Part shown: in pieces, positions 39,625-49,419 of the stretch
Layout: every line of letters begins with the position of its first letter
Numbering within the stretch: position 1 is the first letter of the stretch
Virus record (IMG/VR): IMGVR_UViG_3300045594_000116
Coordinates: 165,509-229,508 of that record
Reading direction: 5' to 3' (one strand)
Source of the DNA: a virus
Lineage: Duplodnaviria; Caudoviricetes
DNA length: 64,000 bases
Program-made: the position numbers and the translations under genes
Notes under the pieces: generated by a model
What the model saw: the letters and a program-made list of their open reading frames with translations, nothing else
What the model was told of the DNA's origin: nothing
Database searches by the model: none

Positions 39625-40521
39625 TTATGGTAACACTACAGGTTCATCAAAGCCCTCAAGCTGCTCAACCAATACCGGAATCTTACGAAACAGATTGATC
39701 GGTAAGTTATGGAAACTGAACTTTGTATATCTACTGTCGAATCCGAATTCCATTCCAAATTGTTCCGAAATAGACATCAGATACTGAGTGATATTCTGAG
39801 CAGGGATGGATTCCAAGATGAACAATACAGCCCATCCAATATTCTCATCCACCTCAATCATATCCTTAGTTACCCAATACTCATCAGCATCGATCGCTTT
39901 CTTTATTTCAGTATCGAAAACTGTTGCCGATAAGAGATTAGATAAGACGTTATGATACAAAGCTCCATAGATATCCACGAATTTCTGTACAGTATAGAAC
40001 TTAGGGGATGGAGCATTGAATGTAGTCAATGCGAAGTTCACTCTCCTAATGTTCAATGTCATATCCTGGCTAGACGTATTGCACAAGCCGGCATAAATAG
40101 CCGTACTAGGTTCTACACCTTTGCCAAGAAGCTGATTAACCGTATACCGATTCAACGTTTCTGCCAAGATATACATTAACTTTTTCTTATAATCTGTCAA
40201 TGTAGCCGTACTCAGCATTTCGTACAGAATAGAATTGCATGTGATAAGCTCACTACAATCAAGCTGGACTTCATGACAGACCTGCTGCAATGCTGTCAGA
40301 AACTTAACGTGCTGGAATGCAAATTTGTATTCCTTAGTTTCAAACAGGTTGTGGACATTCTTCTCCACAAATTCATAAGCAGCTTTATCCTCCATGGATT
40401 CGATATTGCGAAGACCACGCATGATATCGTTTTTCATCTCGTATTCATTCGGAAACTTCGGAAGGATTTCTTCTTTCTTAGCTTCTTCTGGCCTTACGAT
40501 TTGATCAAGCTTATCCAACAT
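39625..40521 (-). CDS. Hypothetical alpha-helical protein downstream of tubulin
   Basis: RBS AAGGAGG, 298 aa. Confidence 0.8.
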   Translation of the reverse strand: MLDKLDQIVRPEEAKKEEILPKFPNEYEMKNDIMRGLRNIESMEDKAAYEFVEKNVHNLFETKEYKFAFQHVKFLTALQQVCHEVQLDCSELITCNSILYEMLSTATLTDYKKKLMYILAETLNRYTVNQLLGKGVEPSTAIYAGLCNTSSQDMTLNIRRVNFALTTFNAPSPKFYTVQKFVDIYGALYHNVLSNLLSATVFDTEIKKAIDADEYWVTKDMIEVDENIGWAVLFILESIPAQNITQYLMSISEQFGMEFGFDSRYTKFSFHNLPINLFRKIPVLVEQLEGFDEPVVLP

Positions 40522-40533
40522 ACAAATTCCTCC

Positions 40534-41721
40534 TTAGTAATTATCCTTTGCGGAAGGAGTCCTTACTGTAATATTCTGGGCCGTACCAGAAGCCGTCTTT
40601 ACCGGCTCTACTTTCTGCACTTTCGCAAAGAACATGTTACGCTTCTTCGCAATGTCTTCCGGAGAGCTCTGCGGACGCTTCATATCGAAACTGCCAACAT
40701 TCGTATCGAAGCTTTTACGGAAGAAGTCATCATTACCCTTATTGACTTTCTCAATACGAGCCATGAATTCATTGTAAACTTCTTCGATCTCCTCTACTGG
40801 CATATCAAGTCCGGATACAACGACAAACAGCTCTTCATCATCGAATACATCCTCTACATGCGTAAAGAATTCGATCGTCTCACCGAAGCGCTGCTTCAGC
40901 ACATCAAAGCTCCAATCGATTGCATCTTTGGTCTTATTCTTGATATTGAGAATAACACCAATACGCTGGCAGGATGCCGTAACATCCAAAGACTTAGAGT
41001 TATCAAGTCCCTCAGAGAGAACCTTATTGAAATCCTTCGGATTCTTGATCTTTCCGAGTTTGATATTCTCAATCGTCATGAAGCCGGCAGTAGTCGTCAG
41101 CTTCAGAAGATCTGTATCATCGATGTTCTGCTCTACAGACTCAACGATGTTCTTACCGATCAACGTACGAACTCTCATGGAGAACTCGTCATTCGCCATC
41201 TCCTGTGCCTTGAGCTTATTGCCAAAGCTGTCATCCAGGAACTTCTTGTTGGAGATTGCCTCTACCATGAAGTCTGGAGACAGTTCCTTGAACCAATCTA
41301 CCGTGTTCTTCAACCCACGGGCATCATCTTCAAAGCCAGTGAAGCCAAAGAGATGTACATCAACTCCAAGAATCTCCTTGAAGTATTTCGCCATCACGAC
41401 TGACATACCAGAACCAGTACCGCCTTCAGTGCTTGTAGCAATGATGACGAACTTATCCTGCTCGGTCATGATCGTATCCAGTGAGATTGCATTGTTGCGA
41501 AGGGAATCCATGATCATCTCATTTGCGATTCCACGCTCTTTACCACAACCCTGGAACTTACCCTGCACCTGGATTGCAATGTCCTTATATTCCGTCGGCA
41601 CATCTTTCAATGTGCTATTGAGGAGAATGATATCATCACGCGATACCACCTGATCTTCTACGAGTTTAATAGCAGCCTTATTACCTGCTGCTCCAACACC
41701 AATAACCTTTACACTTAACAT
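40534..41721 (-). CDS. Tubulin/FtsZ-family GTPase (PhuZ/TubZ-like)
   Basis: VIGVGAAGN, GCGK, tubulin signature TEGGTGSG, T7-loop NIDDTDL, extended C-terminal tail. Confidence 0.9.
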   Translation of the reverse strand: MLSVKVIGVGAAGNKAAIKLVEDQVVSRDDIILLNSTLKDVPTEYKDIAIQVQGKFQGCGKERGIANEMIMDSLRNNAISLDTIMTEQDKFVIIATSTEGGTGSGMSVVMAKYFKEILGVDVHLFGFTGFEDDARGLKNTVDWFKELSPDFMVEAISNKKFLDDSFGNKLKAQEMANDEFSMRVRTLIGKNIVESVEQNIDDTDLLKLTTTAGFMTIENIKLGKIKNPKDFNKVLSEGLDNSKSLDVTASCQRIGVILNIKNKTKDAIDWSFDVLKQRFGETIEFFTHVEDVFDDEELFVVVSGLDMPVEEIEEVYNEFMARIEKVNKGNDDFFRKSFDTNVGSFDMKRPQSSPEDIAKKRNMFFAKVQKVEPVKTASGTAQNITVRTPSAKDNY

Positions 41722-41845
41722 TGTTTGTTTCCTCCTTCATATTCATAAACCTACTAGTTTGGATATGATTACTAATAGGTTGTAGACTAAATACAAAATT
41801 AGTGGAGAAGGGAATTAACCCTTCTCCGCTATTTTAACTACAGCC

Positions 41846-42580
41846 TTACAGCATCTGGGTAGATGCACAAGCAATCTTTTCGATGTTTCCCTCCCAACTT
41901 GGGTCCGTGGCATAATTAGCAGCTTGCATCTGCTCTAGCGTTCTATAACCATGGTCATAGAAATTACGCTTAATCCAATGAGCACCTGCAATTATACCTT
42001 CATCTACTGAATCTCCCATTGAATATGCCCGGTTCGGGTTATTATCAACGGCATTGATCCCGTAGTAGTTATGACGATCTTGCGCCATTTCTGAATTTCC
42101 CCATGAGCTTTCCAAGGCAGCATGAGCCATCAGATAAATAGGGTTAAGCCCTGTCTCCTTAGCAGCCTCGACGAACGTGGCACCTTTACCCTTAAAACGA
42201 GTCCCGTTTTTCATATGGGTAGACCACTTGTCGATGATATCGTCCATATCTTTTGCGCTAAGTTCAATATTCGCCCCCAGATCAGTCTGGCGGTCGAATC
42301 CCTTTTGCACCAAATTGTTCACCGCAACCTGATGTCTTTTTTCTTTCTCGAGTCTCTGTTGCTCGAGTTTTTGCAGTTCTTCCTGCTGGGATTTGATTTC
42401 CTCAAGGTTATTGAGGATCTGTTTTTCCGCTTTGTCCCGTTCTTCCAGTTGCTGTTCGATGTTGTACATTCTATCATTTGTCTGCTGAATTTTAACAGAT
42501 GTAAAAAAGGATGCTACTACCACCAGAACCAGCATCACTGCGATAATTCCCCACTCTTTCTTGTTGAAAACTTTACTCAT
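41846..42580 (-). CDS. Membrane-anchored peptidoglycan glucosaminidase (GH73)
   Basis: N-terminal TM helix, coiled coil, then AHAALESSWG, NYYGI and YATDPSW. Confidence 0.88.
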   Translation of the reverse strand: MSKVFNKKEWGIIAVMLVLVVVASFFTSVKIQQTNDRMYNIEQQLEERDKAEKQILNNLEEIKSQQEELQKLEQQRLEKEKRHQVAVNNLVQKGFDRQTDLGANIELSAKDMDDIIDKWSTHMKNGTRFKGKGATFVEAAKETGLNPIYLMAHAALESSWGNSEMAQDRHNYYGINAVDNNPNRAYSMGDSVDEGIIAGAHWIKRNFYDHGYRTLEQMQAANYATDPSWEGNIEKIACASTQML

Positions 42581-42689
42581 TGACTTTTCCTCCTCAATTT
42601 TGCAACGATGAATTTAGGAGGGATAACCAATACTTCTCAGAGGTCATCCCTCTTAGTTCATTTCGCTACTTTTGATTCGAGATAACGGC

Positions 42690-42836
42690 TTACTTTTTCT
42701 GGCCGTTTTCTTCTTTCTTGCGGCGCTCTTCGTCGCTTTTCAAAGTAGCCTGATCCTGCTTTCCAAGTACGTCAAATCCAAGGCCGAGATCACCGGTCTC
42801 ATGGATAACTCCATACTGTCCATTCTGCTCAGGCAT
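42690..42836 (-). CDS. Small early protein (48 aa)
   Basis: RBS AAGGAGG, early promoter at 42915. Confidence 0.65.
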   Translation of the reverse strand: MPEQNGQYGVIHETGDLGLGFDVLGKQDQATLKSDEERRKKEENGQKK

Positions 42837-42962
42837 AATATTTGCCTCCTTTCGATAGTTGATTATTGGGTAGTTGTTAAGGAAATCAATTCCTAATGCT
42901 ACCCAACTCAATACTATAATATATCATTATTTTAGATAATAGAGCAAAATGGGTTGATACAC

Positions 42963-43226
42963 TTACGACTTAATGAATCGTAAGCTCAGCAATGGCGTTA
43001 TATCGGTTACAAGAGAATCGATATTCTTGTACAGAAATACATTGGAATCCTTAGCGAAAAGTTTTCTTTCCTCTTCAGACGTAGGGAATACAAATGCTTT
43101 ACCACACATAGTACAAACATATCTTGTTGCACTATTAGGAACTACATGTCCTTTATGATCGCATGGTGCAACCCTCAGTATCTTAGAAAGACTCATATGA
43201 GCCATGTCCTTTTTTGAACAATTCAA
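42963..43226 (-). CDS. Small Zn-finger-like protein
   Basis: CDH...CTMCG motif. Confidence 0.6.
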   Translation of the reverse strand: MNCSKKDMAHMSLSKILRVAPCDHKGHVVPNSATRYVCTMCGKAFVFPTSEEERKLFAKDSNVFLYKNIDSLVTDITPLLSLRFIKS

Positions 43227-43291
43227 ACAATCATTCCTTTCTTAATTAAAAAGATATTCCCACTACCTGCAAGTGGTAGTGGGATATTGTA

Positions 43292-44017
43292 TTACTGACG
43301 TTGCGTTTTACGCTCTTTGGATTTGAGTGTGCTTGGAAGATAATCTTCTTCATTAACCAGATTGCTATTAATCAATGCACCTAAGAGATACGAATTCAAA
43401 AGATTTCTTGAAAGCGAATCATCTACCGTTACATCTACATCACTCTGGCTAACCATTCCTACGGTATTGATCATACCATAGAATTCTGATTTAGCATTCA
43501 TGGCATCTGCTCTATAAGTAGACAATTCTCTGATTGTCTCAGGGCAATCCATTACAGCTAAGCACTCCATCTCCCTGGAACTGGTATTACCATTCTTATC
43601 TACATCAAGCAGCAATCCAGACTTCATATCTCGCTTACTGATATTTGTAGACATAGAATTCTTCTTAGCAATGAACTGCTTCACCTTCTTCATAGGTGAA
43701 TAAATGACCAATGCTTCGTAGTTGGTACTAACCGGATCACCAGCCTTATTCTTATACAAGAATGGCATAGTAACCTTTTCCATTAATGGAACCTTAAGAT
43801 TATCAAGAGCCTTGACGATCTGATCCATCTTTGGCTCTACCTCAAATAATCTTGTTTGGAACTTTATAGAGAAATCCTGTTTAAAGAATTCCATGAACTC
43901 TTTATCGTTCATCTTAGCAAATTTCTCTTTATAAAAATCACTGTTTTGCTCAGTTGGATCTAGAGTATCCAAGGTTTTGTAGATCAATTCCTCGACCTGT
44001 TTCCTTGCCTTATTCAT
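43292..44017 (-). CDS. Probable extreme C-terminal beta fragment of the split virion RNA polymerase
   Basis: KKVKQFIAKK...NGNTSSREMECLAVMDCPETIRELSTYRADAMNAKSEFY resembles RpoB KLNHLVDDK...[32 protein letters not shown]. Late promoter GACA TTTGGG TA at 44036-44047. Confidence 0.75.
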   Translation of the reverse strand: MNKARKQVEELIYKTLDTLDPTEQNSDFYKEKFAKMNDKEFMEFFKQDFSIKFQTRLFEVEPKMDQIVKALDNLKVPLMEKVTMPFLYKNKAGDPVSTNYEALVIYSPMKKVKQFIAKKNSMSTNISKRDMKSGLLLDVDKNGNTSSREMECLAVMDCPETIRELSTYRADAMNAKSEFYGMINTVGMVSQSDVDVTVDDSLSRNLLNSYLLGALINSNLVNEEDYLPSTLKSKERKTQRQ

Positions 44018-44065
44018 AGCGATATCACTCCTCTTTACCCAAATGTCTCAAACAGTAATCTTTAC

Positions 44066-44440
44066 TTAACCAATGCTCGAATTACTTTCTTGCATGGCAG
44101 ATCTCATAGATTCAACTACTGGAATCTTGCCACTACTGATACATGAACTCATCTCCATCAACTTATCTGATGGAATCTCAATGACGTAGCAATGCGTCTT
44201 GATCTTAACATAACCTTTCTCAAATTCCTCTAGGACATACCATCCTTGTTTATCATGCTTCAGCATAGCATTATAAGGACGATGTCCATTAGCAGCGACC
44301 GTTAGCATTTCCATCTTTTCTTTACTGCAGAAGTAACTAACTTGATCTCTATCAAGATCAACCACTCCAACCTCTCTAGAGGAATTACCTACTTCAAACT
44401 TATAAGATGCCGTAATACCAATAAATAATGAGTCTAGCAT
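44066..44440 (-). CDS. Hypothetical protein, paralog of 44457-44822
   Basis: Shared FIGITA.YK...REV....LD...I.I.S.KL......G.IP. Confidence 0.75.
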   Translation of the reverse strand: MLDSLFIGITASYKFEVGNSSREVGVVDLDRDQVSYFCSKEKMEMLTVAANGHRPYNAMLKHDKQGWYVLEEFEKGYVKIKTHCYVIEIPSDKLMEMSSCISSGKIPVVESMRSAMQESNSSIG

Positions 44441-44456
44441 ATATCAACTCTCCCTT

Positions 44457-44822
44457 TTAGATTTTTGGAATAATTCCCTGCTTTATACTAAAATTGATCT
44501 TAGCAAGTTTAGCAGAACTAATCCGAATAACAGATCTACGATATTTTATTACTGAATCGAATTTCTCCACAACCACGTATATACCGAGTTCATCTTTTTC
44601 CACAGAAACTTTTGTATCGGTATCATTAAATCCGTGCATAGCCGCAATGTGTATTTGCTCTTCTCTAAAGATCTCAGCTAAACTGTTGAATGCCTCCTCT
44701 GAAATAAATAGTTTGGCGGCTGCTTCGCTGTCAAGAGTAGAGCTTAATACTTCTCTATCAGTCTTTCCATCCATGGAAACTTTATAGATAGCAGTTATAC
44801 CAATAAATACATCCGAATACAT
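44457..44822 (-). CDS. Hypothetical protein, paralog of 44066-44440
   Basis: Same shared motif as 44066-44440. Confidence 0.75.
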   Translation of the reverse strand: MYSDVFIGITAIYKVSMDGKTDREVLSSTLDSEAAAKLFISEEAFNSLAEIFREEQIHIAAMHGFNDTDTKVSVEKDELGIYVVVEKFDSVIKYRRSVIRISSAKLAKINFSIKQGIIPKI

Positions 44823-45323
44823 TTACTTATTTTCCTCCTTAGATTTGCCAATTACATCCATAAATATATGATTACATTGGGAGATTGTCTTTCCTCCAAG
44901 TATCATCATCTCATATGCACGCAGACGTACTACTTCTGCAGTGTTATCACTTTGGCCATGCAATTCTTTGTCAAGGTACTCCATTGCTGGGTACTTATAC
45001 ACAGAGAAGTCTCTGTAATACTGTTTAGGAAATTCATCGAACTTCGGATATGGAATCTCTTTACAAAGAAGACCAAGCATCTTAATCTGCTTATTAAAGT
45101 ATTCCATCTGCTCTTTATTCTGTATCACATGTACATGGGAAAGATTCACTCTTTCTGCATGTAAAGCAAGTAATGCTTTGGAAATATACTTCCTATTCTC
45201 GAAAATCTCCGGGCTGCAGCCCAATGCTTTCATAGCAATCTTATCCTCTGCTGTCATTTCGATAGACTCTTTTCTAAAAGCTTCTACCTTTTCTTTTGCC
45301 AAGTATTTAATTGCGTTTTTCAT
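44823..45323 (-). CDS. Hypothetical protein
   Basis: RBS GGAGGAG. Confidence 0.7.
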   Translation of the reverse strand: MKNAIKYLAKEKVEAFRKESIEMTAEDKIAMKALGCSPEIFENRKYISKALLALHAERVNLSHVHVIQNKEQMEYFNKQIKMLGLLCKEIPYPKFDEFPKQYYRDFSVYKYPAMEYLDKELHGQSDNTAEVVRLRAYEMMILGGKTISQCNHIFMDVIGKSKEENK

Positions 45324-45338
45324 TTTAATCTCCTCCAA

Positions 45339-46373
45339 TTATCTGTTTACACTCTTCTTATTTTTTACCTTGATCCCCATAGCACTATACACATTCACGA
45401 TTTTAGAATAGAAGTCTCTTTTTTCATTATATAGCTTATTAGCTAACTCGCGAATATTCATCTCTGAAGATTCATAGTAGTCTTTAAAGCTAATGATAGG
45501 AAAAGGTTTCTTTCTAGGTCCTTGTATAAATATATATTTATAGGTACCAAATATATAGGTAGAGAGATATACCATTCTTTTTACTTGATTAAGTATATTA
45601 TTGGTTTGGCCTTTTTCTATGAATATGAATTTGCATGCATTATACGTCTCTAAATCAATTTCAGATAGTCCACTAGGTATGTCATATTGATCTAAAGCCC
45701 GAACCAAAAGCTTATAGGATTTCATATCATGCTTATGTAATAGAGTTGGATTTCCTTGTGGATCTTTTATAACAATAAAAGGCTCACACTGCTTTACTAT
45801 ATCCAAAAATTCATTTTTATACCAACAACTGTATGCATAATACATATTACTCTCGAGATATTGGCGCTGAATCTCGTCTAGCGATTCAGAAAATGCTACG
45901 AATAAATTCTTGAACAGTAGCTCTGTACGCTCCTGAAGTTCTTCTTCCGGTATGCTAAGCTGATATTTCTTTATTAGCAAACGGCAGAATTTATACTTAA
46001 TCCAGAATTGAGTCTTTTCCTCGACCTCTGCTATCTTAGCTTTTCTGGCTTCCATAGCTTTTCTGATTTTCTCACGCTTTGAGCGAGCTTCCTGCTCCTT
46101 TTTATCCCTAATATACAAATCGTAGCCAACTTTGTTAATCACTTCAACTTTGCTTAATGCCTTATAATATCTATCCTTTCTGGTTTCATATTTAGATGAT
46201 ACTATTGGGTCACCTTCTTCATAGATAATGCCATTGTCTTTTAATACTTGAATCTGGTCAATATTCTTTGGATCAATAGGTTGGTCGATTATCAGTTCAG
46301 TTGGGAACTCATACTGACCTTTTGCAAATTCATACGGGTCGATATTTCTGTCAAAAATCTTACTATCAAGCAT
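45339..46373 (-). CDS. Early hypothetical protein
   Basis: 344 aa, early promoter at 46419. Confidence 0.75.
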   Translation of the reverse strand: MLDSKIFDRNIDPYEFAKGQYEFPTELIIDQPIDPKNIDQIQVLKDNGIIYEEGDPIVSSKYETRKDRYYKALSKVEVINKVGYDLYIRDKKEQEARSKREKIRKAMEARKAKIAEVEEKTQFWIKYKFCRLLIKKYQLSIPEEELQERTELLFKNLFVAFSESLDEIQRQYLESNMYYAYSCWYKNEFLDIVKQCEPFIVIKDPQGNPTLLHKHDMKSYKLLVRALDQYDIPSGLSEIDLETYNACKFIFIEKGQTNNILNQVKRMVYLSTYIFGTYKYIFIQGPRKKPFPIISFKDYYESSEMNIRELANKLYNEKRDFYSKIVNVYSAMGIKVKNKKSVNR

Positions 46374-46616
46374 TTACAATCTTCCTTTCATCTTTATATT
46401 CAAAACACCTATCAAAGTTATAATATATAACTCTTATTATCTAGATTTACACTTTTCTATGATACTGAGTCTAAAGTGAGAAAAAATAAACACGGTCATT
46501 ATCTATGATACGAAGTTGATCGTTCATCTCGATCTCCGAACAATTCCTTCCTTTCGTTGTAATAATATATAATCAAGACTTACGAGTTTGACATTTTACT
46601 AAAGGAGTGATTCTAA

Positions 46617-47783
46617 ATGTTCGTTCAACCGATTGATGAAGCATACTTTGGAAAGACTAAAGAGATCTTAGACATAGAATATGCAATTAGAGATATACGA
46701 AATAAGTTCAAATTCAAGAAAGATGGATATACCGAAGAGAATCTTAAGAAGGTTCTTGATAGTAAGCTGTATGAAAAGTTTACTACCGCTATCAAGAAAG
46801 CATTCGGATTCAAAGAGGTGTATGGCGGCTTTGATACCGATCAGTATATGAACTGCTATACCTATCCTATCAGAGAAGAAAAGTACGGTCTGATGCAGGA
46901 TAGATTTGAAGTAAAAGGAAAGAGTATTAAATTCAAACCAGAGCTTAAAGCGGTAACTATGATAGTTGCTACAGCTCCTTTGTTCTTTACTGATAAACTT
47001 ACGAATGCAGAACTCACAGCTATCTTTCTGCATGAGATAGGTCATAGCTTTAAACAGGCCGTTATTCCGGTAGAGACTTGCCTTGACGTACTCAGGGATT
47101 CTCTTGGTTCTGTAATCTTCAATTTCTTATCTGCTACCAAGCATACGATGAAGGAATTAGAGAAGAATCCATTCGATGCTATTACGAATCTTGGAGCTAT
47201 CATAAAAACCTCTCCAGAAGCTAAAGAACGTACTCGTAAAAGATGGCCTAGCTTATTTGAAAAGGTTCTTAGAGGATTTAAGAATACATCCAGTGGATCT
47301 ATGTATATTGACGAGAAGTTTGCTGATCAGTTCGCAGCAATGTTCGGTTATGGAGTAGAGCTTAATTCTGCTCTGGTCAAGATAGACTATGATCGTAAGG
47401 ATATCAAAGGTGCTCCGGTTCTTAACTTCCTCAATACATTTGCAGGACTGATTGATCTTTCATTAGATCTGATGCTTGATTGCCATCCATTCATTGGAGC
47501 TAGACTTAAGTCTACTGTAAACGTATTACAGCGTGAAATAGATAAGAATAGCACCCTTCCGGATTCTGAGAAGAAAAGACTCAAGAAACAGATTGACTCT
47601 ATCAATCTTCTTGCTTTGCAGTATCAGAATCTTGATAAGACCTCTAACTATTCTATGGCCAAAAAGATGTATTTTCAGTTCATCTACAATAACCTTAAGG
47701 ACGGAGATGTATTTTCCAAGTTCCTGGTTGGTGCCTATAACCTTGAATTAGTAGACCAAAAAATAAGAGATGCAACAAAATAG
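46617..47783 (+). CDS. Zn-dependent metallopeptidase (M48-like), late/virion-associated
   Basis: ELTAIFLHEIGH, EKFADQFA..FGYG..L.SAL.K and HP...R motifs. Late promoter at 46590-46601. Confidence 0.8.
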   Translation: MFVQPIDEAYFGKTKEILDIEYAIRDIRNKFKFKKDGYTEENLKKVLDSKLYEKFTTAIKKAFGFKEVYGGFDTDQYMNCYTYPIREEKYGLMQDRFEVKGKSIKFKPELKAVTMIVATAPLFFTDKLTNAELTAIFLHEIGHSFKQAVIPVETCLDVLRDSLGSVIFNFLSATKHTMKELEKNPFDAITNLGAIIKTSPEAKERTRKRWPSLFEKVLRGFKNTSSGSMYIDEKFADQFAAMFGYGVELNSALVKIDYDRKDIKGAPVLNFLNTFAGLIDLSLDLMLDCHPFIGARLKSTVNVLQREIDKNSTLPDSEKKRLKKQIDSINLLALQYQNLDKTSNYSMAKKMYFQFIYNNLKDGDVFSKFLVGAYNLELVDQKIRDATK

Positions 47784-47836
47784 AGTTATGCCCCTTACCC
47801 ACCACGGGTAAGGGGTTTAAACTCGTCAAATTGAAA

Positions 47837-48724
47837 TTACTTGATCGTAGGATGGATAGTCCAATTTACATTGGAATAGGTGAACGTTACCTCAATCCCA
47901 TATTTCTTTTTAATCTCATTTACTACTCTTTGCGGAGTAGAATCGGAAACTACAACAGAATAGTTCCCATAATGGATTTTAGGAATAGGGTCAATTGACG
48001 TAGGCCCATAATACTTATAGCGGCCAACGCGTGGGGTATAATATATTCTGTCGCCTTTTTCATCCATAGTGAAGAATGTATCCCCATTAACCAGAGGAAC
48101 GCCATCAACCGGAGGAACGCCAGTACCACGATATATAATAAATGAGGAATCTGGGCATTTGGGATATACGTTCAGGTCATGCTTAATGAAAAAGGGATCA
48201 TCATTATTCTTAATAAATAAATTTCCATTACATTTAAATTCTATCTCTACATCCTTCTCTATCTCTTCTGGTACGTGACGGTTAACTTGATAAGATTTTC
48301 TATCTGCATCCCGAATAGATTCCTTTTTAGCTTCTTCTTCTTTCATAGCATCTTTCATAATATTATCCACGAATCCTTTGGAACTATTGGCTACCGAATC
48401 AGCCAATACGTCTGAAACAACACCAGCAGTAGTCGGGACTAACTGTGATACAGCATTATGCAATTTTGCTTTGAAGCTAAGTTTGATATCGGAATCATCA
48501 ATTCCTGAAATCATCTTTCTTGCAAGTGAGGCAGCTTCGTATTCATTATCCAATCCGGATAATAAATCACATAACTCTGGCAGGGCAACCAGACGAGTTA
48601 TAAACTTTTCTACTACTTCTCCATAAACATTGGTTTCCTCTTTAAGTTTATCAGCATCTCCATTGATAAAATACATACCAATCTTCATTTCCAGTTCTTG
48701 TCTTTTGTTCAACTTCATTTTCAA
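47837..48724 (-). CDS. Hypothetical protein
   Basis: RBS GGAGG, 295 aa. Confidence 0.7.
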   Translation of the reverse strand: MKMKLNKRQELEMKIGMYFINGDADKLKEETNVYGEVVEKFITRLVALPELCDLLSGLDNEYEAASLARKMISGIDDSDIKLSFKAKLHNAVSQLVPTTAGVVSDVLADSVANSSKGFVDNIMKDAMKEEEAKKESIRDADRKSYQVNRHVPEEIEKDVEIEFKCNGNLFIKNNDDPFFIKHDLNVYPKCPDSSFIIYRGTGVPPVDGVPLVNGDTFFTMDEKGDRIYYTPRVGRYKYYGPTSIDPIPKIHYGNYSVVVSDSTPQRVVNEIKKKYGIEVTFTYSNVNWTIHPTIK

Positions 48725-48976
48725 ATCCTCCCAAAAAGTTTGTTTATCAAGCTACATAATCAACATTATAGTGAGTAGATTCCCGTAGCTGCTCAATGGC
48801 ATTCTGTTGTTTCAACTATTCCCTATCTACGCACTCCCGCTAGCTACCCTGGGCTAGTGGGAGTTCGGTGTGACAGATATTTATTTATACAACTTATGTC
48901 ATTCATCATTATAATATATAACTGAAAAGACACAGTTTAACCCACTACTCATTACGAGTAGTGGGATATATTTTGT

Positions 48977-49345
48977 TTACTGCTCAGTTAAAGGACTACC
49001 AGTCTGATAGTCATACCTGATATGAATTTCATACTCATCAGGAATCCAATTATCTATAATAGCTTCTACGTTCCTAGCTATCTCTTTAGATTCTTCATGA
49101 TTGGATACATAGAATCTAAGAGAAGCATGTTTATCATGCTTAAACTTAAGACCTAAATCCATACAGAAGAACTTTACTTTTACTCCGTCAACTAAAGCCT
49201 TCCTTGGAATATTATACATACGCACTGTCATCAATGCATTCTTAAATGGAGATTCACTAGCTCCTCTGCATTGCTTGCAAAATACTCTAGGTATACGTGA
49301 AAATACATACTTCGAAACAGTGTGTTGAAAATCTCTAGCAGCCAA
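48977..49345 (-). CDS. Hypothetical protein
   Basis: TTG start after GGGGAAG, terminator at 48941-48965 downstream. Confidence 0.6.
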   Translation of the reverse strand: MAARDFQHTVSKYVFSRIPRVFCKQCRGASESPFKNALMTVRMYNIPRKALVDGVKVKFFCMDLGLKFKHDKHASLRFYVSNHEESKEIARNVEAIIDNWIPDEYEIHIRYDYQTGSPLTEQ

Positions 49346-49419
49346 TACTAGCTTCCCCCTTGTTTGTAGTTGCTCCCCATATACGTTCTTTACGTAAAAG
49401 TTTACATAGTTTTAACTTT

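Noticed and set aside
39625-41845. TubZRC partition locus or chimallin next to tubulin
   Set aside because: No iteron array, no small wHTH gene and no recognisable chimallin-sized gene is adjacent.
46495-46545. Possible 14-codon peptide (TTG start, MFGDRDERSTSYHR) behind the early motif at 46561
   Set aside because: It is too short to support from sequence alone, though the promoter and RBS-like GAAAGGAAGG are noted.
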